From NCBI RefSeq assembly GCF_001194135.2, contig NC_068981.1:186459292-186508411 (forward strand): DNA of 49,120 nucleotides, written 5' to 3'. This DNA comes from Octopus bimaculoides. Taxonomy: Eukaryota. Position 1 is the stretch's first letter; each line of letters starts with the position of its first letter. The notes beneath the pieces are model-generated. The model did no database searches, was not told where the DNA came from, and saw only the letters and a list, made by a program, of their open reading frames with translations. The position numbers and the translations under genes were made by a program. Of this stretch, positions 37,500 to 49,120 are shown one piece after another.

Positions 37500-38130
37500 T
37501 CGAATTCTCCTGAGTTTCGAGTTATATTCTGATAAAAGGGGACGATCATGAGCTTCCCAGTGGACTTGCTCTATCTGGCCTCCTTCGATCAAGGGGAGCC
37601 AGGATGCTTCCGTTCGACTCTCTGCCTCAGTTTCTTGATCACAGCAGTAGATTCAATTTTCGTCACAAAGTCACCGGAGATTTCAGTACTCTTAGATTGA
37701 AGATAAAATGCTCAACTATCTCCCTGCTGTCACCAACGTGTCTTTCCTTCTGATCGTCACTGAGCAACCTAAGAAGAAACTTTGCACAAATTTTGCATAT
37801 GTTCAGATCTCCATGAATAATTCTGTGTACATTTGCCACACCAACTCTAAACTGTATGCTTATTGTCTTTATAAGAAAGTTGCGAATGTTTTTTTTCTGA
37901 ACCAGCTTTGATGTTCTGAAGATCCCACACTTTTTATCATCTCTCATATCTGCTCTACCATCCTTGAATCTCTTAAGATGGCGAAATGCAGATGCTCCGC
38001 TTATACAAGTTAATCCATAGGCAGTCTGGAGCATTTCATAAATTCATAAGTTTCTGTTGCGTTTTTGTCCATTTGAACTCAAACTTTTATTGCACGATGC
38101 TCTTTCAAATTGTCTTTACATTCTGACTAT
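37500..38130 (-). pseudogene. Second, different mariner transposase fragment (N-terminal HTH to first catalytic region)
   Basis: Minus-strand translation across frameshifts: AIKV*VQMDKNATETYE-MLQTAYG...KRFKDGRADMRDD...KICAKFLLRLLSDDQKERHV...CDEN*IYCCDQETE...KHPGSP*SKEAR*SKSTGKLMIVPF. No TIRs found. Confidence 0.85.
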
Positions 38131-38359
38131 CGGTTGAGACGAGATGTTTAATGGAATGTATTCAAAGTGTTGTTACAACTTTCTTCTTCAATCTCGAATA
38201 AAACAATATTGGCAAGTCAGCTTATTCCTATATCTGGTAATGATATACTAAAATTACAATAATCTAGGACCGTTGTAACTGCCTCTCTTAAAACAGACTC
38301 ATCTCTTCTGGAATGCATCTCATAAATACATTTTTGTCGTGGTTATAATCGTCGTGGTT

Positions 38360-39175
38360 ATAATCGTCATCGTCATCAACACCGTCATCGTCATCATCTT
38401 CATCATGATCGTCATTACCACCATCAGTCACAGCAGCTGCAAGTGTCGTCTGCTCTCATTAAATTGAATACCATGACCGCCATCTTGGTCTTTTTGTGTT
38501 GTCCTTATATACATTCGCTGTATTTTTGGTCTCCTCAATTCTTCATTTTCTCAATCCAAGTAATTCAAGGTTTTCCTTTTCTTCTCTTTCCATTCACTTT
38601 GCCTTCTATTAAGTCTCTGTAAAACATTTCTCTAATTAAGTGTCCATATTTTTTCCAGCGTTCTTCCTTTTGATGACATCTAATAAAATGTTCTTAGCTT
38701 TTACCAGTTTTAGTACGTTATTGGTTCTATATTTTGTCCATGATATTCTCAAATGTCTGCTATATTTTCTCATCTGAATGACTTCTAATGTACTTGATAA
38801 TTCTTTTGTTAACGCCCATGTTTCGGTTCCATGTAATAGAGGAAAGCATACTCAACATTTTAATCTTTTCTTTTTCAGGTTTCAATACTAATGTTTCTTA
38901 ATGTAAATATATCTGACATTTTCTTTCGAAATTATTTTCGAGTCAAATCAATCCTTCTTTTGAATGTCTACTTCATATTTCCTGCTTTCCGATTGCAACT
39001 ATCCCAAGAACATTATCTTTGGTGTCTGCCCCGTTACCTCCTTCTTCCTCTCAATTGTAATATTTCTTAGTGACTGCTGTATCTTACTGATTACCATTGA
39101 TTTCGTTTTCTTTAGATTGATTTCTATTTCATAAGAGACATCCGTTTTTCCCTTTGCTGCAGTCACAAACGCACA
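38360..39175 (-). mobile_element. RTE-clade LINE, RT C-terminal and thumb fragment, degenerate
   Basis: INLKKTKSMVISK...LLHGTETWALTKE...RHLRISWTK...DLIEGKVNGKRRKGKP*ITW...RWRSW, followed by a GAT-rich tail. Confidence 0.82.
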
Positions 39176-39871
39176 TACCTAATTCCATTACCCAGTTCTA
39201 GAAACTTTCTACACAAAATGTGATTAGTTTATTCTCTTTACAGTCTTAATTAATATGAAACGATTCAGAATTTCCAATCGTATAATATTTAATATAATTA
39301 TATACTATCGTAATTTTAAAGTACAATAATAATTTGAATATCCTTAATTTGTTTTAAGGGACATATCATTAAAATCTTAACATCTTCCTTGAAAAGACGA
39401 AACATTAAATTCTCATCAACATCCTTATATTAATTTTAATTGGAAAAGTAATTGCATCGTTAACATGCTTAACCCATAATGTGTAGATATCTAATTTCCT
39501 TTTCTTTTTCTTTGATTTTCATTATAGAGGAAACATCAGGGTTTTCAAATCATTCTACACAGAAAAACGATTTATCGTTTCCAAATTCCCGACTTAAATT
39601 CTTGTAGCTAATATTTGTTGGTCAGAGAATTTATCCTCATCTAATCTAATATTTCATATTACAGAATATCGATTTTTTTTTTTTTAAAGTAGTGTAATAA
39701 CTTATTAACGTCCTCCAAACAATTTCCATACACCTAGATTTGTTCTATTATAAGATTATTTATCGTAAATATTTGACAAATGCAATTCAACATTTACCTC
39801 TGAATACTTCTTGGTTATAACCGCATATAAATATGTCTACTACTATATATCCTTAAATGCATAAATAGTTG

Positions 39872-39921
<50 letters not shown>

Positions 39922-39922
<1 letters not shown>

Positions 39923-40116
39923 GAAGTAGATTAAAAAGTTGTTGGTTTGAGGTAAAAAAATACAGGAGGATTAGTTAATTATGATTTTATTCAACATATT
40001 CCCCTCTCAGGTTCACACACTTTTTTGCAGCAGTCCTTCTAAACCTTGTAAAAGAACTTAGAAATGTTGGACCTCCAGCCAAGCCTTTCGTGATACCCTT
40101 AAAGCAAGCACCCCTT
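39922..40116 (-). mobile_element. Second, more degraded copy of the same mariner-derived MITE
   Basis: Shares AAAATACAGGAGGAT..GTTAATTATGATTTTATTCA.CATATTCCCCTCTCA and the downstream sequence with 28369-28585. Starts at the end of a (TA)n run, and the right TIR is partly deleted. Confidence 0.78.
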
Positions 40117-40753
40117 TGAATACATGTAAAGAGTAACAAAGAGAGAAAAATTTAGTATAAATTTCAAATATTTTATACTTTATTACATAATTTAAATTAC
40201 TTTAATTAATTATACATCACAGTTACATATTTATGGAAATACTGGTTTTTGTCCTAAGGAAACATCTGTTGAGCTCTATGTGAAATTTGTTTTTCTTTTA
40301 AATATGTTACTCCATAAAATCCTTTTAACCGATTATGTACATACTTGCAAGCCGGTCCCACCAGAATTTACTGCAATGTAATAGCGTATTGGAATTTAAC
40401 GATCTGTTATCATTTGAGCTCTTAATTACCGTATCTTTAATTTTGCTGCTTATACTGCAATTCTGTGCATGGATAGATGTGTATGTATATACTGAATGAC
40501 AAAATAACAGGACGTATGTAATTAGCTTAAAACTGCTTACTCTCTATGGAACATTGCACTCGGAGTTGAGAAAAGCACATTTGTTTCCAAGCTGTATTGT
40601 ATAACCGAAGCAATGCTCTGACTCTATAGAATGGATTGACTTGACATAATAGGTCCTGTGAGTTGAATTGATGGTTCCTTGGGACAGTAGTATGAATCGA
40701 GGGTACATGAAACTAAGAGCCTAATTGAAAAGGAAAGAAAGGAAGGAAAGAGG

Positions 40754-40788
40754 ATTTAACGTTTCGAGCCTTATTCTTCTTCAGAAAT
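40754..40788 (-). ncRNA. Degenerate type I minimal hammerhead ribozyme motif (Penelope-type)
   Basis: Minus strand reads ATTT-CTGAAGA-A-GAAT-AAG-GCTC-GAAA-CG-TT-AAAT: core boxes, 4-bp stem I, palindromic stem III, damaged stem II. Confidence 0.5.
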
Positions 40789-41245
40789 AGAGGGAAGTCC
40801 AAAGGAAGGGAAGATGGGGGAATAAAATCGCCAACAATACAGACACGGTTACATTTTGAAATGACCGGAAGGGAATGGGTGAATTAAACTTCTTTCTAAG
40901 ACAGAGTGCAAGAGAAAGAGATGTGTGTGTGTCTGTGTGTGTGTGTGTGTGTGTGTATGTGCGGTATGTGCGTGCGCGCAGGTCTCTGTGTGTAATAACA
41001 GCACGTGTATGTGCGTATGTGTGTGTGGTTTTGGCTGTTTATATGTTTGTGTGTGATAGTGGACTTTCTGTAGCTTAATGTCGTAGAAGGAAATTACAGT
41101 AGGAATTTTAGGTAGGAGTGGCTGTCTTTTGTGTGTCTCCCTTCACCACATGCATATATATGTATAAATTGACCTTTCTATTATGAAAATCTGACTTGAA
41201 CATGCAAGCATATTAATTCAGTAATCTAACTGCTTTTGTAAAAAG

Positions 41246-41284
<39 letters not shown>

Positions 41285-41916
41285 CATAAAATATTCCATA
41301 TCTTTTTCTTGGTTCCATCTTTTATCCATTTCAATTTGTTTCCAATTCTCGTCGTTTCATTTTTACTACTAGATCACTTCAACCATTCCTCTTGATTGTC
41401 ACTGTTAGGCAAATATCCCAAAGGAAGTTTTCAAAGATATTGTCAGCAGTAGAATGTCCTTGAGATAATGTTATATTTTACATTTTATATTATTTTCCTG
41501 TTTTATTTTTCCCCTGAAATTTAAAGTAGATTAAATGACGTCATAACATTCATTGCATTTCACGGCCTTAATCTTCTTTTCGTATTCTTCCTTTGTCTAT
41601 TTTTTCCCCTTCTTTTCATATATTTCTGCATATTTATTTCTTAATTCATTCCAATCTTTTTGTTCTTTACACTCTTATTATTATATTTCTTCCATATCAC
41701 TTCAGATTTCTCGTAAAGTATTCCTTTTTGTTTTACTTCTTTGGTTTATTTCACTGATTTTTTTTCTTTATATTTTCCCTGTTTCTCCTCATTTCTTTAT
41801 ATTTCTCTCTTTTCGTTTCCTTCTTTTTTACGACCGCTATTTCTTTTCTCATTACTTTCCTCATCATCATTCTCAATCAATATCTTCCCGCCCTGATTTC
41901 CATATCATCTCTCCTA

Positions 41917-41971
<55 letters not shown>

Positions 41972-42299
41972 ATATACTCCACTCCCATCATTCCTTACTT
42001 CCGATGGTTTCTAACAGTAACACTAATCCACCTATCAAACACCTCACCGCATCAATACAGCCCTCCATCTTATCTTACAACAATATCAATACTATTCTAC
42101 TCTACACAGCCAACACCAACAATTAATGCTATCACATTTGTTCTCATCGATATTCAACATAATTTCGACGCAATCCTTCACCTGTCATCCTTATCACAAT
42201 GAATCACTCCCTCAGGTGATTGGTATTCGCCCGATACAATTCATATCTCTTATACTTACAACATGTATACTGTACTTCCATTAATATCACGGACGAAGG

Positions 42300-43370
42300 C
42301 AATGAGCTCGAAGAATCAATAGTGGGGGTCGGTGAAAATACTAAGCGGTATTTCTTCTGGTTGTTTACTTTCTAAGTTCAAACTTTCGGCGAGCTTCACT
42401 TTTCTTTTCTCCCTTTCATAGTCGATTAAATAAGTACAAGTTGAGCACTGCGGTCAATGTAATTAACAATGAACCCCCGCCCCTAAAATTCAGGGCCTTG
42501 TACCAGAATTAAAAAACATTTATACGGAGGATATCTGTAGCAGAATTGGTAGTGTGTTGATAAAATATCTTATATTTGTTTCATTAAATTCTAAGTTTAA
42601 ACCCGGTCGAGTTTCAGTTTGATCTTTCATACACTCACTGTCAACAACCAGTTCGATGCAACCGCATATACACTTATCCAAAATGTATATTCTTGGGCTA
42701 TACTTGAAATCATCATTACTATTATGGCAAAATAAGACAGCGTGCTGACTGATCACTTAATAGGCTTCGTAAAATGCTTGATGGCGTTTCGCCTCTCTGT
42801 ATGTTCTGAGTTCTAATTTTACCAAGGTCGATTTTGCCTTTTATCCTTTCGGGGCCGAGAATATAAGTACCAATCAAATACTGGGGTCGAATAATCAACT
42901 TGCTCCTCCCTTTCAAAATCTGCTAGCACTGCGCCAAAATTTGATATTATCATTGCTATGGTAGAATTGTTAAAACAATGGAAAAATACCTTGCGGTATA
43001 TCTTCCGATGTCATACAATCTATGTTCAAATCCCACTGGTGTCAAATTTGCATTTCATGAAACCGGAACAGAAGAAATAAAGTGACAGTCATATACTAGA
43101 GGCGATTTTATCGACTTAACCCCTTCCCCGAATGTTCAGGACTTGTATCCATGTTACAAACATTAAAGACAGCGGATTGACAAAATCTTTAGATCAGCGG
43201 AAAAAAGTGTCTTACATCATTCGCTCTGGTTCCCTCCGTTCGGAGTTCAAAACCCACCGAAGTCAACTTTACCTTTCATTGATTCAAAGTCAATAAAATA
43301 GGATACGATTCAAGGAATTTGTTTTGTATACTTAAAAAACCCTTCAAAATAATTTCTGGCTGTCGGATAT
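42300..43370 (+). mobile_element. Cluster of four diverged, co-oriented family B SINEs (about 42300-42515, 42735-42960, 42975-43165, 43185-43370)
   Basis: Each copy carries a GTTC(A/T)AA B-box-like motif followed by a G(G/A)GTC(G/A)A(C/T/A)TTT(G/A)C.TTT.AT-like block, and most have the CCCC...GGCCTTGT-type tail. Confidence 0.65.
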
Positions 43371-44183
43371 ATGAAATATTTTCTTATCAGCAAATAACTT
43401 AATTCATGCATGACCACAGTGCAACGGAACCTCGCTCATTTACGCATTAGTTGTTATAGGGTTGTGCAATGGTCAGTGTTGCTACTTGTGTTTGTGTGTG
43501 TGTGTGTGTNNNNNNNNNNNNNNNNNNNNNNNNNNNNNNNNNNNNNNNNNNNNNNNNNNNNNNNNNNNNNNNNNNNNNNNNNNNNNNNNNNNNNNNNNNN
43601 NNNNNNNNNNNNNNNNNNNNNNNNNNNNNNNNNNNNNNNNNNNNNNNNNNNNNNNNNNNNNNNNNNNNNNNNNNNNNNNNNNNNNNNNNNNNNNNNNNNN
43701 NNNNNNNNNNNNNNNNNNNNNNNNNNNNNNNNNNNNNNNNNNNNNNNNNNNNNNNNNNNNNNNNNNNNNNNNNNNNNNNNNNNNNNNNNNNNNNNNNNNN
43801 NNNNNNNNNNNNNNNNNNNNNNNNNNNNNNNNNNNNNNNNNNNNNNNNNNNNNNNNNNNNNNNNNNNNNNNNNNNNNNNNNNNNNNNNNNNNNNNNNNNN
43901 NNNNNNNNNNNNNNNNNNNNNNNNNNNNNNNNNNNNNNNNNNNNNNNNNNNNNNNNNNNNNNNNNNNNNNNNNNNNNNNNNNNNNNNNNNNNNNNNNNNN
44001 NNNNNNNNNNNNNNNNNNNNNNNNNNNNNNNNNNNNNNNNNNNNNNNNNNNNNNNNNNNNNNNNNNNNNNNNNNNNNNNNNNNNNNNNNNNNNNNNNNNN
44101 NNNNNNNNNNNNNNNNNNNNNNNNNNNNNNNNNNNNNNNNNNNNNNNNNNNNNNNNNNNNNNNNNNNNNNNNNNNNNNNNNNN

Positions 44184-44223
<40 letters not shown>

Positions 44224-44459
44224 ACATACATACACATATATATATACATACATATATAACTATATATATAACTATATATATATACATACACATATATACA
44301 TACATATATAACTATATATATATAACTATATATATATAACTATATATATATACATACACATATATATATACATACATATATAACTATATATACATACAAA
44401 TATATATACACGCACAGATGTTTGTATATTTTTAGTATTTTCGGTATATATGGTATATA

Positions 44460-45150
44460 TCTAAGACGTGAAATCTTCGTGATAGCTTTGTCTCATCTCA
44501 TTATTCCCAAGAAACTTGTTATTTATGGAAATCTTTTCTGTTAGCGTTTCTGATATTTCTATTCTCCAGTTATTCATAACTGAACAATTTTTCAAAATTC
44601 TTTTCATAAATATCTTTTCATCGTTGATATGGTATATCTAGCAGAAGATTTTTTCTCTTCTTCTCTGATGATTCTATAACACTCTTACATTATCACTTTG
44701 AGATGAAATGTTTGTAGGAATCTTCTGTGGCTCAATATTTTCAGTAAGGTTAAACAAAATAAACTAAAGCATGATCGTTTTTTTTTTCTTTTTTACGATA
44801 AAATCGATTTCTTTCTCCAACTTCTACACAATTATTTTCCACATTGTACTTCCTTATACCTCTTTGATAATTTCTGCTACGAAGATTTTAACCTTGTATA
44901 CAAATAAAGACAAGAACTCCACGATCTATGAACATATGACTTCTAAGCTAGCAATAAAGATACTTCCTGGTCTGTCTACATTTACACTATCTTGAATAAT
45001 CCGAGATTTCAAATTTTCTTCTTTCCATCGCTTCATCACAGCATATTGTGATATCGTGTTTCATTTTGTTTTATATATCTTCTCTATTTCGGCATAATCC
45101 TCAATTTTGGTGCAGCCCCTTCTTCATCCTAAAAGTTTTATGCTTCTTCA
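44460..45150 (-). mobile_element. Possible highly degenerate RTE ORF2 linker fragment
   Basis: Only short patches on the minus strand resemble the RTE endonuclease-RT linker (YAEIEK, GIRKYNVE, NNKFLGNNE). Many frameshifts. Confidence 0.3.
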
Positions 45151-45412
45151 ATCTATATCTCATATAATTTACACGTTCTAGGAAAGCGAAGATTTTTCCT
45201 TATTTCTCTTGCCTAAAGTATATTTTTGACATGGATAATTCATAACTCACCAGCCGCTGGTTCATAAGAATGTGCTAACTAGAGAGAAAACATTTCTGTT
45301 CGTTGTAAATATATGTCAGGTTTTGATTGAGGAACTGAAAACATTATTGAATCGCATGCTTCATTTTGGTTTTGTCTATTTTGTACATGTTTACATCAAC
45401 AAACTACGAATA

Positions 45413-45620
45413 TATTATTACATTATCTGCTATATTTACCTTGTTTCTACAGGCGTCTTTAATATAGCGGCTGTTCACTTCTCGTGAACTAAGGTAGTCT
45501 GTTCATTTCAGATCTTGAGGATTTTGCGGAAAATCCTTGCACTACCAAGTAATGCGGTTTTCTGAATGTTCTGTATTTTCATTTTTTATGCCTATCTTTT
45601 GCAAACACTTTTAAATTCTA
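45413..45620 (-). mobile_element. Second very short R4/Dong 3' fragment directly behind the first
   Basis: LQKIGIK...IQKTALLGSARIFRKILKI*, then a 3' UTR ending ATAATGTAATAATA. Confidence 0.72.
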
Positions 45621-45955
45621 TATTATTATGATTGTTGTTTTTCTTTCAATTTTGCTGCCATTTCTTGCCGAGTGTCTTCCCGACACCCAAAGTAAAGAAA
45701 CTGTATATATCGGTGAGACGTTAGAATAAACACGCTAGATTGTTCCATTACAAATAATTTTCATTTCAAATTTTGATAATTCCAACTGCCCCTACAGTTT
45801 TTGGTATTGTAACCGTCTTGAGATGCCATGTTCTTTTGATTTCAATCAGAAAATCTTTATATTTTCTGCTGAGCTTGTCAAATTCTTTTGCCCAGATGTT
45901 ATGATCATAAGGAATGCTCATGCTGATTAATAAACAGATTTCATTGTTTTGGTCT
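45621..45955 (-). mobile_element. R4/Dong RLE-domain 3' fragment
   Basis: DQNNEICLLISMSIPYDHNIWAKEFDKLS-KYKDFLIEIKRTWHLKTVTIPKTVGAVGIIK, then a 3' UTR ending ...CAATCATAATAATA. Confidence 0.8.
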
Positions 45956-46000
45956 TAAACAATCATGATCATTTTGGTCTTCCATAATTATTACTATGGA

Positions 46001-46078
46001 AGGCGCATGGTGCAGCGGTTCGAGCGTCAGCCCCACAATCATGAGGTAGTGAATTTGATTTCGGACCGGGTTGTGCGT
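46001..46078 (+). mobile_element. Isolated tRNA-like SINE head (another family)
   Basis: GGCGCATGGTGCAGCGGTTCGAGCGTC...GAATTTGATTTCGGACCGGG has A/B-box-like spacing but no intact cloverleaf or CCA. Confidence 0.55.
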
Positions 46079-46130
46079 ACATATGAAATGATAAAATGAA
46101 TAAGCAAAAAGAATATACAATGAAAAAGAA

Positions 46131-46331
46131 AATAATCCTTTCTACTGGAGGCACAAGACTTCAGATTTGGCGGGAGGAGAGTAGTCGATTACATTGACCC
46201 CAGTATTTCACTGGTACTTAATTTATCGACCCCGAAAGGATGAAAGAATTTGAACTCAGAACGTAGCGACGGGCAAAATACCTCGAAGCATTTCGCCCGG
46301 TGTGCTAACGACTCTGCCAGCTCGCCGCCTT
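46131..46331 (-). mobile_element. SINE family B, near full length
   Basis: TGCTAACGACTCTGCCAGCTCGCCGCCTT head (reverse complement), plus ATTTGAACTCAGAACG and GGTACTTAATTTATCGACCCCGAAAGGATGAAAG. Confidence 0.88.
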
Positions 46332-46344
46332 GGAAAGGAAAACG

Positions 46345-46451
<107 letters not shown>

Positions 46452-46868
46452 CATCATCACCATCATCAACATATAATATCATTATTATTATTATTACTAC
46501 TACTACTAATACTATGGTGGTGAGAAAGCAAAACCGGTTGGATTGTGGAAAAAAGTGTTCTGCAATATTTCTCCTTCAAATTCTTCCGGCTTTAACTTTG
46601 TCTTTCGTCCCATCCACCCCCGGGGTAAATAAAGTAAATGCGAATCTTCCATAGTAGACAGTGACATCGAATATGTCACTCGCCTTAAAATTCCTGGCCC
46701 TGTGCTTTTATACCATTACGATAATAAAATCATCTTCGTCATTATTATTACTTTTTTTTATCATTTCATTATATGCAAGCCCCCCCCCACACACACACAC
46801 ACTTTGTCTGTATTTGTATTGTCTCTCTCATCCTTCGCCCTTGTGGAACATAAATGAAATCAACATTA

Positions 46869-46924
<56 letters not shown>

Positions 46925-47234
46925 CATTATTATTATTATTAAAACAAGGAGTTTCTAATTTCAGTCAAATAGACTCAGCTCAGTAATGGACGCATCGATG
47001 CATTCCATATCGGAAAGAGTTCATATATCGGATGAACTGATGCTAAACGCAACGGAAAAAACAATTAGCAATTATCAAACAAATTTTCTACATCAGGGTG
47101 GGACAAGTGATACATCAGGGTGGAACATCAGAGTAGGACAGGTGGAAGAGTCATGCAACAGCAGTTCTCTAATGAAATAAGCCCTTTATGGCTATAATTT
47201 TCCTCTATATTACATCGAATTTACATATATTTTT

Positions 47235-47384
47235 CGGCTGTGTGTTAAGTACCTTGTTTACCAACCACGTGGTTCCGGGTTCAGTTCCACTGCGTGGTAC
47301 CTTGGGCAAGTGTCTTCTACTATAGCCTTGGGCCAACCAAAGCCTTGTGAGTGGATTTGGTAGCCGGAAACTGAAAGAAGCCCG

Positions 47385-47385
<1 letters not shown>
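47235..47385 (+). mobile_element. SINE family A 5' half, running into an N-gap
   Basis: GGCTGTGTG (A-box-like), GGTTCAGTTCC (B-box-like), CCTTGGGCAAGTGTCTTCTACTATAGCC (CORE-like), then (TA)n and the gap. Confidence 0.9.
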
Positions 47386-47418
<33 letters not shown>

Positions 47419-48299
47419 NNNNNNNNNNNNNNNNNNNNNNNNNNNNNNNNNNNNNNNNNNNNNNNNNNNNNNNNNNNNNNNNNNNNNNNNNNNNNNNNNN
47501 NNNNNNNNNNNNNNNNNNNNNNNNNNNNNNNNNNNNNNNNNNNNNNNNNNNNNNNNNNNNNNNNNNNNNNNNNNNNNNNNNNNNNNNNNNNNNNNNNNNN
47601 NNNNNNNNNNNNNNNNNNNNNNNNNNNNNNNNNNNNNNNNNNNNNNNNNNNNNNNNNNNNNNNNNNNNNNNNNNNNNNNNNNNNNNNNNNNNNNNNNNNN
47701 NNNNNNNNNNNNNNNNNNNNNNNNNNNNNNNNNNNNNNNNNNNNNNNNNNNNNNNNNNNNNNNNNNNNNNNNNNNNNNNNNNNNNNNNNNNNNNNNNNNN
47801 NNNNNNNNNNNNNNNNNNNNNNNNNNNNNNNNNNNNNNNNNNNNNNNNNNNNNNNNNNNNNNNNNNNNNNNNNNNNNNNNNNNNNNNNNNNNNNNNNNNN
47901 NNNNNNNNNNNNNNNNNNNNNNNNNNNNNNNNNNNNNNNNNNNNNNNNNNNNNNNNNNNNNNNNNNNNNNNNNNNNNNNNNNNNNNNNNNNNNNNNNNNN
48001 NNNNNNNNNNNNNNNNNNNNNNNNNNNNNNNNNNNNNNNNNNNNNNNNNNNNNNNNNNNNNNNNNNNNNNNNNNNNNNNNNNNNNNNNNNNNNNNNNNNN
48101 NNNNNNNNNNNNNNNNNNNNNNNNNNNNNNNNNNNNNNNNNNNNNNNNNNNNNNNNNNNNNNNNNNNNNNNNNNNNNNNNNNNNNNNNNNNNNNNNNNNN
48201 NNNNNNNNNNNNNNNNNNNNNNNNNNNNNNNNNNNNNNNNNNNNNNNNNNNNNNNNNNNNNNNNNNNNNNNNNNNNNNNNNNNNNNNNNNNNNNNNNNN

Positions 48300-48350
<51 letters not shown>

Positions 48351-48909
48351 GAACATTTGTTGACTCCTATACATCTTATTTATGTGCTCTGCACCCCTAC
48401 TATTTCATCCCGTTACTACATCACAGTTTCAAGGTTTTTGCATATCTGTTTTGAAACCACAACTAGCATTGGGACATTATTCACTAAATATATATTCTAG
48501 TCTCGTTTAAAGTCTCTACATACCTAACTCTACTTCTTATAAATAAATATAAGACGCCAAAAAATTTTGGAAAGAGATCAGATATTAGAGATAAAAAGCA
48601 GAATAAGGAAAAATAATGTTCTTTTCAAAATTCTAAACAGTAGATTATTTTTCATGGGTGTTTTATTTCTTCGTGTAGCGATATATGTATAACATGTGAT
48701 TACATATGTATGCACAGACATACACAAACATACATGTATAATGCACACGTACACCGTATATATGTGCATGCGTTGTGTTATATGCGTTGCGTTAAATGCA
48801 TCTGTGTGTGTCAGTTAGAATGGCTCTATTCCAACCTTACTCGTTCCAGTTTTTACGCTGTGTGAGTATCTCAAGAAACGACAGCAGCTGTACTGGTTCC
48901 CACATAAAC

Positions 48910-48954
<45 letters not shown>

Positions 48955-48967
<13 letters not shown>

Positions 48968-49120
48968 GTTTATGGATGTATACATATGGATGTGTATATA
49001 TGTATATATGGGTGTATTATATATATATATATGGATGTGTATATATATTTATATGGATGTGTATATATATTTATATGGATGTATATATATATTTATATGG
49101 ATGTGTATATATGTATATAG
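48955..49120. repeat. TA-rich minisatellite with an approximately 22-bp unit (ATATATATTTATATGGATGTGT)
   Basis: Recurrent TATGGATGT(G/A)T units at the window end. Confidence 0.75.

Noticed and set aside
2109-41543. Three full CRE palindromes TGACGTCA (2109, 23239, 41536)
   Set aside because: Isolated 8-mers with no promoter context, not clearly above chance.
46001-46078. tRNA gene candidate
   Set aside because: A/B-box-like motifs are present but stems do not close into a cloverleaf; better explained as a SINE head.

Overview
AT-rich animal genomic DNA from a draft assembly, with 15 N-gaps totalling about 6.2 kb, nearly all bounded by (TA)n, (TG)n or (CT)n tracts. The SINE families look like those of Octopus (inferred from recalled sequence, not from a search). 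I find no convincing host protein-coding exon, rRNA, tRNA gene or CRISPR array, so the window reads as intron or intergenic DNA. Almost every long ORF in the supplied track is an artefact of microsatellites or N-runs; the recognisable ones are transposon remnants. These comprise a full-length but dead mariner with TIRs and TA TSD, a second mariner fragment, mariner- and hAT-type MITEs, fragments of R4/Dong, RTE and CR1-like LINEs, a Penelope GIY-YIG fragment, and many copies of at least three tRNA-derived SINE families. I do not see a clearly new biological system. The best leads are: a 3' stem-loop shared with compensatory changes between the main SINE and a CR1-like LINE; a microhomology-flanked templated insertion inside a SINE; an R4/CR1 chimeric junction; R4/Dong copies sitting in TAA repeats; a degenerate hammerhead ribozyme motif; and several fold-back structures. 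Most boundaries of degenerate elements are approximate.
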